A DNA stretch of 46,314 nucleotides from Longimicrobiales bacterium (GCA_048061375.1 JBGMRK010000003.1:2524-48837); one strand, 5' to 3'; positions 15,728 to 26,583 are shown, numbered from the stretch's first letter. The notes: generated by a model from the sequence alone, not told the origin. Translations and numbers: made by a program.

Positions 15728-17113
15728 ATGTCAATACAGCTTCCCCCCGAATTGGTAGTGAGCGTGTCGGGGTTCCGGGGGCGCGTCGGAGCGCCTCTCA
15801 CCCCGGAACTGGTGTGCTCCGTTGCCGCGGCGTTCGGAGATTGGCTGCGCGTTACCGGACAGGAGATCACGGTGGTGGTGGGGCGCGACTCCAGGACTTC
15901 GGGGCCGATGCTCGTCCGGGGCGTGAACGCGGGGCTGCAGTCGGTCGGCTGCGCGGTGGTGGATCTCGGAATCGTGCCCACGCCCACGCTCATGCTTGCC
16001 GTGGAGCACCATCGGGCGGCCGGCGGCGTGGGCGTCACGGCGAGTCACAATCCGGCAGAATGGAACGCCCTGAAGCTGGCGTCGGCAGAAGGAATGTTTC
16101 TCGATGCCGAGCGCATGGAGTCGTTCCTGAGCCACCTGCGATCGGCAAACCCGCAGAGGGTGGACTGGTCGGCCGTCGGCGAAGTCGTCGATGACGAAGC
16201 GGCCGTGGACCGTCACCTCCAAGCGATCGAACGTCTTCCGCAGCTCACCCTGCCTGCGATCTCGGACGCGGGCATCAAGGTTGCGCTGGACTGCGTTCAC
16301 GGCGCCGGTGGAGGCGTCATGCCGCGTATGCTCGAGTCGTTTGGATGCGAAGTCGTGGGCATCGGGCTCGAAATGGATGGCCGGTTTCCGAGGGATCCCG
16401 AACCCACGGCGGCCAACCTCGGCGATCTCGCGAGGCTGGTGAGGGAGTCCGGAGCGGCCGTGGGGTTGGCCGTCGACCCCGACGTGGACCGGCTGTCGTT
16501 GGTCGACGAGACCGGCCAACCGCTCGGAGAGGACTTCACGCTCGCACTCGCCAGCGCAGTCGTGCTGAACCGGACACCTGGCACCGTTGTGACCAACCTA
16601 TCGACGAGTCAGGTGGTCGATGACGTCGCTGACGCCCACGGTGGGTCGGTCGTGCGTGCGCCCGTCGGCGAGATCCATGTGGCGCGCCGAATGCAACGGG
16701 AAGGAGCCGTCGTCGGAGGAGAGGGTAACGGAGGGGTCATCCTTCCGGATCTGCACCACACGCGCGACGCACCGTTGGCGGCGGCACTCATATTGCAGCA
16801 CCTTGTAGATGAGGGAAAGCCGCTCTCGCAGATTGTGGCTCGCTGGCCGAAATACGGCATCGTGAAGGAGAAGGTCACCTTCCCGCGCGAGGCGATTCAG
16901 GACGCCTACGAGGCTCTGGAGAACGATCTCGCCGGACCGGTGATCGACCGCGCGGATGGGTTGAGGCTGGCATGGCCCGACCGCAAGACGTGGCTGCACG
17001 TAAGACCTTCGGGAACGGAGCCGGTGGTTCGGCTCATCGCCGAGGCGCCGGGTGCTGCCGCGGCGGAGGAGTTGGTGGCCCGAGCGGCCCGTCTGCTCGA
17101 GGGCGTCGCATGA
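15728..17113 (+). CDS. phosphohexomutase family protein (phosphoglucosamine mutase / phosphomannomutase type)
   Basis: Internal ATG at 15728. The active-site loop is GVTASHNPAEWNALK. Its position directly upstream of glmS favours a GlmM-like role. Confidence 0.8.
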   Translation: MSIQLPPELVVSVSGFRGRVGAPLTPELVCSVAAAFGDWLRVTGQEITVVVGRDSRTSGPMLVRGVNAGLQSVGCAVVDLGIVPTPTLMLAVEHHRAAGGVGVTASHNPAEWNALKLASAEGMFLDAERMESFLSHLRSANPQRVDWSAVGEVVDDEAAVDRHLQAIERLPQLTLPAISDAGIKVALDCVHGAGGGVMPRMLESFGCEVVGIGLEMDGRFPRDPEPTAANLGDLARLVRESGAAVGLAVDPDVDRLSLVDETGQPLGEDFTLALASAVVLNRTPGTVVTNLSTSQVVDDVADAHGGSVVRAPVGEIHVARRMQREGAVVGGEGNGGVILPDLHHTRDAPLAAALILQHLVDEGKPLSQIVARWPKYGIVKEKVTFPREAIQDAYEALENDLAGPVIDRADGLRLAWPDRKTWLHVRPSGTEPVVRLIAEAPGAAAAEELVARAARLLEGVA

Positions 17114-17131
17114 CAACAACATGAGAACCGT

Positions 17132-18973
17132 ATGTGCGGAATCGTAGGATATGTCGGATCGCAGGAGGCGGGACCCGTCCTGCTGGAAGGGCTGCGGCGA
17201 CTCGAGTATCGAGGGTACGACTCGGCGGGCATGGCGGTGCTCGATGCCGAGGGCCGACTCCGCGTCGTAAAGCGTGCCGGAAAGCTCGCGGTGCTGGAGG
17301 AGGCCGTAGCCGGCGATATGCCGGCGGGGACGTGTGGCATCGCGCACACACGCTGGGCTACGCACGGGGCTCCAACCGAGACCAACGCTCACCCGCATTT
17401 CAGCGGCACGGGCGATATCGCCCTCATCCACAATGGGATCATCGAGAACGCTCAGGCGCTGCGCCGGAAACTCGTCGAGTTGGGGTATCAGTTCACTACG
17501 GACACCGACACCGAGGCTGTCGTCCACCTGATCGACGAGGCGTTCAAGACGAACTCGACGCTCGAAGACGCCGTGGTGGCGGCTCTTCACCAGGTCGAGG
17601 GTGCGTACGGAATCGCGGTGATCAGTAGTCGGAATTCCGGCAAGATCGTGGTTGCGCGCAACGGTAGTCCGCTGCTTCTCGGAGTGACCCAGAACGGTGA
17701 GTTCCTGGCCGGTTCCGATGCGGCCGCCGTCGTGAAGTACACACGTGATGTGGTCTACCTCGATGACCGGGATTACGCCGTGCTCACCGCCTCGGGATAC
17801 AACACCTACAGTTTGGGCGCGGGTGCAGTCAGCCGCTCGGTACACCACGTCAATTGGGACCTCGAGGCCATCGAGAAGGGTGGCTACGACCATTTCATGC
17901 TGAAGGAGATCTTCGAGCAGCCCGATAGCTTACGCGACGTCATGCGCGGCCGGCTCCTCGAGGAAGAGGGTAACGCGCGCCTCGGCGGTATCACGCTGAG
18001 CGATGACGAATTGCGTGAGATCAAGCGTATCGTGATCACGGCGTGTGGAACGAGCTGGCACGCGGCCCTCCTCGGCGAGTACATGCTCGAGGAGCTCGCG
18101 GGCATCCCGGTGGAAGTGGAGTACGCGTCGGAGTTTCGGTATCGGAACCCCGTGCTGGAGGACGGAACGCTGGTTCTGGCCATCAGTCAGTCGGGGGAGA
18201 CGGCCGACACGCTTGCGGCGCTTCGCGAGGCGAAGCGTCAGGGTGCCCGAACGATGGGGATCGTCAACGTGGTGGGCTCCACGATCGCTCGAGAGACGGA
18301 TTTCGGAATCTACCTCCACGCGGGCCCGGAGATCGGCGTGGCCTCCACCAAGGCCTTCACCAGCCAGATCGTGGCACTCGTGCTCTTCACGCTCTACGTG
18401 GGCCGCCGGCGTGCGTTGTCGATTCTCCAGGGAAGGGAAGTGGTCGCCGCGCTCTACGCGCTTCCGGGTCAGGTCGAAGAGACGCTCCGCTTGAGCGACG
18501 ACCTCCGCGTTCTTGCCGAGGCGTATCAGGAGTGCCGGAATTTTCTCTATCTGGGACGGGGCTTCCAGTTCCCGGTGGCGCTCGAAGGGGCACTCAAGCT
18601 AAAGGAGGTGAGCTATATCCACGCCGAAGGCTATCCCGCCGCGGAGATGAAACACGGTCCAATAGCGCTCATCGACGAGAATATGCCGGTCGTGGTGCTC
18701 GCTCCGCGAGATCAGGTCTACAACAAGGTCGTCTCGAACATCGAAGAAGTGAAGGCACGTGACGGCCGAATCATCGCCGTCGTGAGCGATGGCGGAGGGG
18801 CGGAACTCGAGTCCAAGGTCGACCACCTCATCAAGATCCCGCAGACTGCATCGTATCTGCTGCCGGTCCTGGCCACCGTACCGCTTCAGCTCCTGGCCTA
18901 CCATATGGCCATACTGCGGGAGTGCGACGTGGACCAGCCACGCAACCTCGCCAAGTCTGTCACCGTCGAGTAG
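17132..18973 (+). CDS. glmS: glutamine--fructose-6-phosphate aminotransferase
   Basis: N-terminal MCGIVGYVG nucleophile Cys, two SIS domains, and the C-terminal AKSVTVE. Confidence 0.97.
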   Translation: MCGIVGYVGSQEAGPVLLEGLRRLEYRGYDSAGMAVLDAEGRLRVVKRAGKLAVLEEAVAGDMPAGTCGIAHTRWATHGAPTETNAHPHFSGTGDIALIHNGIIENAQALRRKLVELGYQFTTDTDTEAVVHLIDEAFKTNSTLEDAVVAALHQVEGAYGIAVISSRNSGKIVVARNGSPLLLGVTQNGEFLAGSDAAAVVKYTRDVVYLDDRDYAVLTASGYNTYSLGAGAVSRSVHHVNWDLEAIEKGGYDHFMLKEIFEQPDSLRDVMRGRLLEEEGNARLGGITLSDDELREIKRIVITACGTSWHAALLGEYMLEELAGIPVEVEYASEFRYRNPVLEDGTLVLAISQSGETADTLAALREAKRQGARTMGIVNVVGSTIARETDFGIYLHAGPEIGVASTKAFTSQIVALVLFTLYVGRRRALSILQGREVVAALYALPGQVEETLRLSDDLRVLAEAYQECRNFLYLGRGFQFPVALEGALKLKEVSYIHAEGYPAAEMKHGPIALIDENMPVVVLAPRDQVYNKVVSNIEEVKARDGRIIAVVSDGGGAELESKVDHLIKIPQTASYLLPVLATVPLQLLAYHMAILRECDVDQPRNLAKSVTVE

Positions 18974-18987
18974 CGGGTCGCCCTGTC

Positions 18988-19433
<446 letters not shown>

Positions 19434-19437
<4 letters not shown>

Positions 19438-20051
19438 ACTCCGCACCGCCCTTGGTGCTCGCGTCGGCCTCGCCCCGCCGCGCGGAATACCTACGCATGC
19501 TGGGGCTGGAGTTCGAGGTATTCTCAGCGGACATCGATGAGGCGTTGCTCGATGGAGAGGACCCCGCCGCCCATGTCGAGCGGCTTGCGCGCGAGAAAGC
19601 CTCGACGGTGCAGGTTCTGCACCCGGACGCGCTGGTGCTCGCTGGAGACACGGTGGTCGTGCTCGACGGTAGGATCCTGGGCAAACCCACAGACGCTGCC
19701 GACGCCGAAGCCATGCTCATGGTGCTGGCCGGGCGGACGCACACCGTGGCTAGCGCGCTCGCACTCGGTCTTCCCGACGGGCGCGTATTGAGCGGCGTAT
19801 CACACACCGACGTCTCGTTTCGGAGCTTTTCGGCGGATACGGCCCGGCGCTACGTCGCCACGGGTGAGCCGCTGGATAAGGCGGGCTCATACGGGATCCA
19901 GGGTGTCGGGGCCACGCTGGTAGGCGATATCCACGGAGACTACTATACGGTGGTCGGCCTACCCATTCCGCTCCTTATCCGCCTTCTCTTGGAGGGTGGT
20001 TGGGAGTACGGGTTCGGCTCCTTGGTACCGATTGGACGCGGCGGGCCCTGA
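19434..20051 (+). CDS. maf: Maf-like nucleoside triphosphate pyrophosphatase
   Basis: [19 protein letters not shown] and GSYGIQG motifs. The proposed TTG start at 19434 overlaps the dtd stop (GTTGA). The long upstream ORF extension is spurious. Confidence 0.8.
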
Positions 20052-20070
20052 GCCCCCGTAACGGAGTATC

Positions 20071-21564
20071 ATGAGCGTCAGCGCGATCCTTTCCATCGAT
20101 CAGGGGACGACCGGGTCGACGTGCCTCGTGGTCGGCGACGACGGCCGGATTCTGGGCCGCGCCTATTCCGAGTTCACTCAGCACTTTCCCCGCCCTGCTT
20201 GGGTCGAGCACGATGCTACGGAGATCTGGGAGGTCACGCGCCGTGTGGCTCGAGAGGCGGTCTCGGCGGCCCGCGATGCCGACATCCGGGGAATCGGCAT
20301 CACCAACCAACGTGAGACCGTGGTCGTGTGGGATCGCCAGACCCTCGAGCCGGTGCACAGGGCGATCGTGTGGCAGGATCGCCGCACTTCAGCGATCTGT
20401 CAGGAGCTCAAGCGCGCGGGCCACGAGGACGAGGTCCGCCGCCGCACCGGCTTGGTGCTCGATCCGTATTTCACGGCTACGAAGCTGATGTGGCTTCTGC
20501 GTGAGAATCCGGAGTTGCGCTCCCGGGCCGAGGCTGGATTGCTCGCCTGCGGTACGATCGACGCTTGGCTGATCTCGCGGTTCACCGGTGGCGTGGTTCA
20601 TGCGACCGACCCTACCAACGCATCGCGCACGCTCCTGTTCGGGCTGGAGACTGCTACTTGGGACCCCTACTTGCTGGACTTGTTTGAGGTGCCCGCTGCA
20701 CTCCTCCCGGAGGTGCGGCGCAGCAGCGGCGACTTCGGTATCGCGACGGGCGACGCCTTTGGGCTCGAGGTTCCGGTCTCAGGCGTGGCGGGAGACCAGC
20801 AGGCGGCGCTTTACGGACAGGGATGCTGGTCGCCGGGTCTGGCCAAGAACACCTATGGTACCGGTGCGTTCATGCTCCTTTTCACTGGGGACGACCCTGT
20901 ACACTCCGCCCACGGGCTGCTCACCACTGCGGCGTGCGCCAAAGACGGGGGGCTGGCATTCGCATTGGAGGGGTCCGTTTTCATCGCGGGGGCGGCCATA
21001 CAGTGGCTCCGCGATGGGCTCGGGCTGCTCGGCTCCGCTTCCGACTCGGACGAGATCGCGGCGAGCCTGGACTCGAATGACGGCGTTTACTTCGTGCCGG
21101 CGTTCGTCGGCCTCGGAGCGCCCCACTGGGAGCCGGAAGCACGCGGGACCATCGTGGGGCTCACACGCGGCTCCACATCGGCCCACCTCGTGCGTGCGGC
21201 CCTCGAGGCGATGGCCTACGGGACCTTGGAGGTACTCCAAGCCATGGAGGCTGACTCGAGGATCTCAGCGAGCGAACTCCGGGTCGACGGAGGCGCTGCT
21301 CTGAACGACTGGTTGATGCGCTTCCAGGCCGGGGTGTTGAACCTGCCGGTTCGGCGACCCCGGATTGTCGAGACGACGGCCCTCGGTGCCGCTGCGCTGG
21401 CCGGGCTCGCTGTCGGAGTGTGGCCGAGTGCCGACGACTTCCGCGGGGCCGTTGGCGAGGCCGACTCGTTTGAGCCCGACATGACCGACGGGCACCGGGG
21501 GGCGCTCCTGGCCGGTTGGCATCGCGCCGTGCGTTCGGTGAAGTCGTGGGCGGCGGATGGATGA
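20071..21564 (+). CDS. glpK: glycerol kinase
   Basis: 497 aa with LSIDQGTTGSTCLV and ITNQRETVVVWD; the protein is FGGY kinase-like throughout. Confidence 0.95.
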   Translation: MSVSAILSIDQGTTGSTCLVVGDDGRILGRAYSEFTQHFPRPAWVEHDATEIWEVTRRVAREAVSAARDADIRGIGITNQRETVVVWDRQTLEPVHRAIVWQDRRTSAICQELKRAGHEDEVRRRTGLVLDPYFTATKLMWLLRENPELRSRAEAGLLACGTIDAWLISRFTGGVVHATDPTNASRTLLFGLETATWDPYLLDLFEVPAALLPEVRRSSGDFGIATGDAFGLEVPVSGVAGDQQAALYGQGCWSPGLAKNTYGTGAFMLLFTGDDPVHSAHGLLTTAACAKDGGLAFALEGSVFIAGAAIQWLRDGLGLLGSASDSDEIAASLDSNDGVYFVPAFVGLGAPHWEPEARGTIVGLTRGSTSAHLVRAALEAMAYGTLEVLQAMEADSRISASELRVDGGAALNDWLMRFQAGVLNLPVRRPRIVETTALGAAALAGLAVGVWPSADDFRGAVGEADSFEPDMTDGHRGALLAGWHRAVRSVKSWAADG

Positions 21565-22054
21565 CCGGCCGCTCAGGATAGCCGTCATCGGTGCGGGTGA
21601 CGCGAGCCCGAAGGACGTCCTGTGCGCCGAGTCCGTGGGCCGTTTGATCGGGGAGGGTGGTGGGATTCTGATCTGTGGGGGCCTGGGCGGTGTGATGGAA
21701 GCGGCTGCCAGGGGATGCACACGGGCCGGCGGATCGACCATCGGCATTCTTCCGGGCAGAGAGGCCGCGGCTGCGAACACCTGGATCCGTTTGCCGCTCG
21801 CGACCGCGATGGGTGAGGGCCGGAACGTGTTGGTGGTGCGGAGCGCGGAGGCCGTGATCGCCGTGGGAGGATCATGGGGCACGCTGTCCGAGATCGCACT
21901 TGCTCGCAAGATCGGCCGCCCGGTCATCCTGCTGGGAACTCCGCCGGCGGAGGGCTTGGACGCCACCATGGCCGATGACGCGGAGCAGGCGGTAGCATGG
22001 GCGTTGAGCGAGGCTCGCAGCGGGAGGGAACCTGGGGAGACCGGGGGGTTGTAA
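21557..22054 (+). CDS. TIGR00725/SLOG (LOG-like Rossmann) family protein
   Basis: RIAVIGAGDASP...LICGGLGGVMEAAARG...GILPG...IAVGGSWGTLSEIALA matches the LOG/DprA-like pattern. There is an 8-nt overlap with glpK. Confidence 0.7.
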   Translation: MDDRPLRIAVIGAGDASPKDVLCAESVGRLIGEGGGILICGGLGGVMEAAARGCTRAGGSTIGILPGREAAAANTWIRLPLATAMGEGRNVLVVRSAEAVIAVGGSWGTLSEIALARKIGRPVILLGTPPAEGLDATMADDAEQAVAWALSEARSGREPGETGGL

Positions 22055-22160
22055 GGACCCGACCTTCCGATAGCGGTGCCCGATGGGGTGCTGCACAGCA
22101 TGCTTGATGTTCCGGGCCACGAGGGGCCTCGACGTCCGCCGAAACACGGAGACGAATCCG

Positions 22161-22592
22161 ATGGTCAAGAATAGGCGTTTCTTCGTCGGGCTGGTGGGCG
22201 TAGCCGCCGTAGTCACTTATCTGATTTGGACCGGTGTCAGTGAGACCATGGTCTACTACCTGACGCCGGTCGAACTGATGGCCAGATCCACGTCGGACCC
22301 CACGCTTCATCAGGTAGGCGTCAAAGTGAGCGGCCGCATCGTGAAGGGCAGTTGGGAACTCGTGTCGGGTGAGGAGCAGATTCACAGCTTCGCGGTCGAG
22401 GACCTCGAGGACCCGGACATTTCGTTCCCGGTTGAATACCAGGGCCTGCTGCCGGACACCTTCAACGATCAAGAGAATGTCGAGGCCGTAGTGGAGGGGC
22501 GCTTCCGCGAGGACGGGGTCTTCGAGGCCACCACCGTGCTCACGAAATGCGGTAGCAGGTATGAAGCGTCTCCCGAGGCGCTAGCCGGGTGA
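22161..22592 (+). CDS. ccmE: cytochrome c maturation heme chaperone CcmE, CxxxY variant
   Basis: Internal ATG at 22161. An N-terminal TM anchor precedes an OB-fold-like body. The C-terminal VLTKCGSRYE places Cys (22548..22550) where canonical CcmE has the heme-binding His. Confidence 0.85.
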   Translation: MVKNRRFFVGLVGVAAVVTYLIWTGVSETMVYYLTPVELMARSTSDPTLHQVGVKVSGRIVKGSWELVSGEEQIHSFAVEDLEDPDISFPVEYQGLLPDTFNDQENVEAVVEGRFREDGVFEATTVLTKCGSRYEASPEALAG

Positions 22593-24643
22593 CCGTACTC
22601 GGCGAGTTGGCCCTCTGGATCGCTCTTCCCGTCGCGATCTGGGGAATGGTGCTCGCTTTTGTCGGTGGAAAGCACGGCAGGGGCGACCTGGTCCTCAGCG
22701 CCGAGCGAAGCATCTACGCCGTTTTTGCGCTGCTCGTGGCCGCGTCAGCCGGGATCGTGGCCGCGTTTCTAGGCAACCGATACGAGTACCTCTACGTCGC
22801 CAGCTACTCGAACCGCGCGCTCGACACGTTCTACAAAGCGTCGGGCCTGTGGGCCGGCCAGCGCGGCTCCTTGCTTTTTTGGGTGGTCCTGCTGGCGTTC
22901 TTCTCATCGGTCGCGGTCTTCACCAATAAGCGTAAGAACCGCGAGTTCATGCCCTACGTATCGGGCGTGCTGCTGACCATCATCACCTTCTTCATCATCG
23001 TGCTACTTTTCGCCGATGTGAACCCGTTCGAGAAACTGGGTTTCACGCCGGCTGACGGCCAGGGGCTGAATCCGCAGCTCCAGAACTACTGGATGACGAT
23101 CCATCCGCCTACGCTGTATTTGGGCTTCACGGCGTTCGCGATCCCCTTCGCGTTTGCGATGTCCGCATTGCTCTCGGGCAGGCTGGACTCGAGGTGGATC
23201 GTGGTCACGCGCCGGTGGACGCTCCTATCATGGTTCTTCCTGGCGAACGGGATCATCTTCGGCATGCGTTGGGCCTACGAGGAGCTGGGTTGGGGCGGCT
23301 ATTGGTTCTGGGATCCGGTGGAAAACGCGTCGCTACTTCCGTGGCTTACCGCCACGGCCTTCCTCCACTCGGTGATGATCCAGGAAAAGCGCGGTATGCT
23401 CAAGGTCTGGAACATGGCCCTGGTCACTTTGACGTTCGCGCTCACGATCTTCGCGACCTTCCTCACCCGCTCTGGCCTTATCGAGTCGGTGCACTCGTTT
23501 GCCGAGAACACGAAGATTGCGTTCATCTTCCTCGGCTTTCTGGCCGCGGTCATCGGTCTTTCTACCATCCTGATCATCCATCGTCGTCCGCAGCTCAAGA
23601 GCGAGAACGAGATCCAGTCGTTCGTCTCGCGCGAGTCGGCGTTTCTGTTCAACAACCTGATCCTGTTGGCCGTGGCGTTCGCCGTCATCTGGGGAATCCT
23701 GCTGCCGCTCTTGAGCGAAGGGTTGACGGGTGAGGCCATCCAGGTGGGCGCGCCGTTCTTCAACCGGGTCAACCTCCCAATGGGGATCGCTTTGCTCGCC
23801 CTCGTGGGCATTGGGCCCGTGATCGCATGGCGGCGCGCCTCGAAGCGCAACCTGGCCAAGAACTTCACCATTCCGTTGCTCGTTGGAGTCACGGTGTTCG
23901 GCATTTTCGCGATTCGTGGGTCTCGGCACTGGATGTCGTTGACCACGTTTGGCATCTCGGCCTTCGTGATGACCGTCATCGTGGTGGAGTTCTTCAAGGG
24001 GACACGGGCGCGCGCTCAAATAGAGGGAGAGGGAATCCCACGGGCGTTCGTCCACCTGGTCGCCCGTAACAGACGGCGGTGGGGAGGCTACATCGTGCAC
24101 GTGGGAATGGTGATGATCTTCACCGCATTCGCCGGGAACGCGTTCAACGTGAAGGTCATTCAGACCCTGGACCCGGGGCAGTCCATCACTCTGGCCTCAC
24201 CCCTGGGACACGACTACACCCTCACCTACGAGGGGCTGTCGTCCTCCAGAGGTCGCAACATGGTCTGGCAGGCGGTCGCGCTCATGTCCCTCGACCGGGA
24301 CGGCCGGCGCGTCGGTTCGATCACCACCGAAAAACGCATGTATGAAACATCGCCCGCGCCCATGACGGAGGTTGGGATTCACTCCACTCCGTTCGAGGAT
24401 GTGTACGTCATTCTGGCCAACGCGGAGGATCTCATTGCCGGCGCCTACGAGAACGACCCTTCGGCGCAGCGCGCGACGTTCGAATTCCAGATCAATCTGC
24501 TGGTGGCGTGGCTTTGGTACGGCGGGCTGATGCTGACGTTCGGATCGTTGATCGCCATGTGGCCGTCTCAAGGACCGCTTCCCGCGGCGCGGCAGACCGA
24601 GGCGCGTGCCGAAGCCGTACCGGCCGCCGTGGGCGGCGATTGA
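22589..24643 (+). CDS. ccmF: cytochrome c maturation heme lyase subunit CcmF
   Basis: 684 aa and polytopic, with the W-rich motif WGGYWFWDPVEN. The GTG start overlaps the ccmE stop (GTGA). Confidence 0.93.
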   Translation: MTVLGELALWIALPVAIWGMVLAFVGGKHGRGDLVLSAERSIYAVFALLVAASAGIVAAFLGNRYEYLYVASYSNRALDTFYKASGLWAGQRGSLLFWVVLLAFFSSVAVFTNKRKNREFMPYVSGVLLTIITFFIIVLLFADVNPFEKLGFTPADGQGLNPQLQNYWMTIHPPTLYLGFTAFAIPFAFAMSALLSGRLDSRWIVVTRRWTLLSWFFLANGIIFGMRWAYEELGWGGYWFWDPVENASLLPWLTATAFLHSVMIQEKRGMLKVWNMALVTLTFALTIFATFLTRSGLIESVHSFAENTKIAFIFLGFLAAVIGLSTILIIHRRPQLKSENEIQSFVSRESAFLFNNLILLAVAFAVIWGILLPLLSEGLTGEAIQVGAPFFNRVNLPMGIALLALVGIGPVIAWRRASKRNLAKNFTIPLLVGVTVFGIFAIRGSRHWMSLTTFGISAFVMTVIVVEFFKGTRARAQIEGEGIPRAFVHLVARNRRRWGGYIVHVGMVMIFTAFAGNAFNVKVIQTLDPGQSITLASPLGHDYTLTYEGLSSSRGRNMVWQAVALMSLDRDGRRVGSITTEKRMYETSPAPMTEVGIHSTPFEDVYVILANAEDLIAGAYENDPSAQRATFEFQINLLVAWLWYGGLMLTFGSLIAMWPSQGPLPAARQTEARAEAVPAAVGGD

Positions 24644-24660
24644 TAGGAGTCATATAAGCG

Positions 24661-25128
24661 ATGGCACTGATCGTCGGCGCGGCCCTGCTTATCGGCGGGG
24701 TGATTATGTTTATCCTGCTTCCCGTGATACAAGGCCGAAGGGCCTCGCTCGAGCGGAGTGTGGACGAGCTTACCGAATCCGAAGCCAAGAAGCGCGTCAG
24801 CCTCTTGGCCCTTCGCGATGTCGAGTATGATTTCGCCACGGGTAAGTTGGACGAGAAAGATTATAAGGAACTCAAGGGGGAGATCTCCCGTGAAGCGCTG
24901 ATGGCGCTTCGGGCGGTCGAGGCCGAGAGTGATGATCGCTCGCGCGGAGTCATGCGCCCGGCGGCTGAAGTGGCGGGCGGCATCGAAGCCGATATCGCGG
25001 CCGTGCGCGAGGGGCTTCGTACGGGAAGGACCTGCCACACCTGCGGGCACGTGAACGCCGAGGGTAGTCACTTTTGTGCCGACTGTGGCGCCCGCCTCCC
25101 CGCAGCGGCGGGGACGCCACCCGGGTGA
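24661..25128 (+). CDS. single-TM protein with CcmI-N-like helical segment and C-terminal zinc ribbon
   Basis: The N-terminal TM ALIVGAALLIGGVIMFILLPVI is followed by RR. Next comes the helical LLALRDVEYDFATGKLDEKDYKELKGEISREAL, then CHTCGHVNAEGSHFCADCG (CxxC-N10-CxxC, 25033..25086). Confidence 0.7.
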   Translation: MALIVGAALLIGGVIMFILLPVIQGRRASLERSVDELTESEAKKRVSLLALRDVEYDFATGKLDEKDYKELKGEISREALMALRAVEAESDDRSRGVMRPAAEVAGGIEADIAAVREGLRTGRTCHTCGHVNAEGSHFCADCGARLPAAAGTPPG

Positions 25129-25889
25129 GTGATTCCGCCCCCTCAGCGGTGCGGGAGACGGACTCTTCCAGGTCCCGGACCCCCACGCTCGAGGCGCGGG
25201 GGTTGGTACGCGAATTCGCGCGATTCCCAGCGGTGGACGGTATCGATTTTCAGCTCGATGCGGGGCGATTGCTTAGCATCTTCGGCCCTAACGGAGCCGG
25301 TAAGACTACCCTTCTGCGGGTTCTCGCCGGAAGTCTCCGTCCCACCAGGGGGCAGGTTCTCTTGGACGGAAATGCCGTGGATGTCGGCGACCGGGAATGG
25401 CGGCGCCGCATTGGCGTGGTGTCCCACCAGGGGTTTCTGTACGGTCGATTGACGGTGGCGGAGAACCTCGAGTTCTACGGCCGCCTGTTCGGCCTCTCCG
25501 ATATTGCCGAGCGCGTCCCCGAACGGCTGGGCGCTGTAGGGTTGGAGAACCGGTCCCACTCTGCGGTCCGCACCCTGTCGCGGGGCATGCGTCAGCGGCT
25601 GGCCCTGGCGCGCGCGTTGCTGCATGACCCGGAGGTAGTGTTGCTCGACGAGCCGTACACTGGGCTCGACGCCCAGGCGGCGGATGTGTTGCGCGATGTC
25701 CTCGCCTCGCTCAAGGATGGCCGTCGCACGGTGGTGCTCGTCACGCACAACCTCGGCCAGGGGCTCGAGTTGGCGGATCGCGTCGCGATCCAGGTCGCCG
25801 GACGCTTCCGCTGGGTCGACGACCGGGACAGCGTGGAGGCTTCCACGTTCGAGGCCTTCTACCGAGACGTGGTCGAAGAGCGCGCTTGA
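25125..25889 (+). CDS. ccmA: heme exporter ABC ATPase CcmA
   Basis: The GTG at 25125 overlaps the upstream stop (GTGA). Walker A is GPNGAGKTT, the signature is LSRGMRQR, and Walker B is VLLDEP. Confidence 0.85.
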   Translation: MSDSAPSAVRETDSSRSRTPTLEARGLVREFARFPAVDGIDFQLDAGRLLSIFGPNGAGKTTLLRVLAGSLRPTRGQVLLDGNAVDVGDREWRRRIGVVSHQGFLYGRLTVAENLEFYGRLFGLSDIAERVPERLGAVGLENRSHSAVRTLSRGMRQRLALARALLHDPEVVLLDEPYTGLDAQAADVLRDVLASLKDGRRTVVLVTHNLGQGLELADRVAIQVAGRFRWVDDRDSVEASTFEAFYRDVVEERA

Positions 25890-26566
25890 TGGACTACCTT
25901 CGCGTGATCTGGACAGTGGCTCGCAAGGACCTGCTCATCGAGATGCGCACACGCGAGCGCGTCGCCGCGATGGGCTCCTTCGTGGTGCTCGTGGGTGTGC
26001 TGTTCAACTACTCGATCGATACGACAATCGTGCGTCCCCAGGAGATCGCGCCCGGGATCATTTGGGTGACGATCATCTTTGGCGGGCTGCTCGGCATGGG
26101 GCGCACCTTCCACCTGGAGGAAGAGGATGGAGCCTTCTCAGGCGTGCTCCAGTCACCCATTCCTCTGGATGCGCTATACCTGGGGAAGTCAGCGGCCAAT
26201 CTCGTTATCCTCGGCCTGGTCACGGGACTGACCTTCATGGTTTTCGGTGTGTTCTTCAACCTCGCCTTCGGACCCCATCCGTTCGTTCTCCTCACCGTCG
26301 TCGTTCTCGCTTTGCTTGGTTTTGTCGCCTTGTCGACGCTGTTCAGCGCGATGTCCGCCCGCACCACGATGGGCGAGAGCCTGTTGCCGGTGCTGGTGTT
26401 TCCGTTGCTGATTCCCATGGTGATCTTCAGCGTAAACGCCACCACCCGACTCTTTGCGGGGCGGCCGGTGTCCGAGGTGACCGGTAGCGTTAGAATGTTG
26501 GGTGCGTTCGCGATTCTATCCGTGGCGGCGGGAGCGGTGCTATTCCGTCACATCGTAGAGGAGTAG
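25889..26566 (+). CDS. ccmB: heme exporter membrane protein CcmB
   Basis: Polytopic protein of about 225 aa directly after ccmA, with EEEDGAFSGVLQSP resembling the CcmB motif. The start is ATG 25889 (or TTG 25886), overlapping the ccmA stop. Confidence 0.85.
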   Translation: MDYLRVIWTVARKDLLIEMRTRERVAAMGSFVVLVGVLFNYSIDTTIVRPQEIAPGIIWVTIIFGGLLGMGRTFHLEEEDGAFSGVLQSPIPLDALYLGKSAANLVILGLVTGLTFMVFGVFFNLAFGPHPFVLLTVVVLALLGFVALSTLFSAMSARTTMGESLLPVLVFPLLIPMVIFSVNATTRLFAGRPVSEVTGSVRMLGAFAILSVAAGAVLFRHIVEE

Positions 26567-26583
26567 AGCAACTCACGGGAGAT

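Noticed and set aside
15540-15734. N-terminal extension of the PLP-enzyme ORF (MTSASELDEERCGH...), which would make a 452-aa protein.
   Set aside because: The extension would overlap the divergent glmM-like start. It has no family-like sequence, and the internal Met at 15539 gives the typical length of about 387 aa. The region is treated instead as a leader.
22089-22100. Small palindrome TGCTG-CA-CAGCA and a nearby CGAGG-GG-CCTCG in the 106-nt spacer upstream of ccmE.
   Set aside because: Both are short and of the size expected by chance in GC-rich DNA. There is no adjacent promoter hexamer or T-tract to support an operator or terminator.
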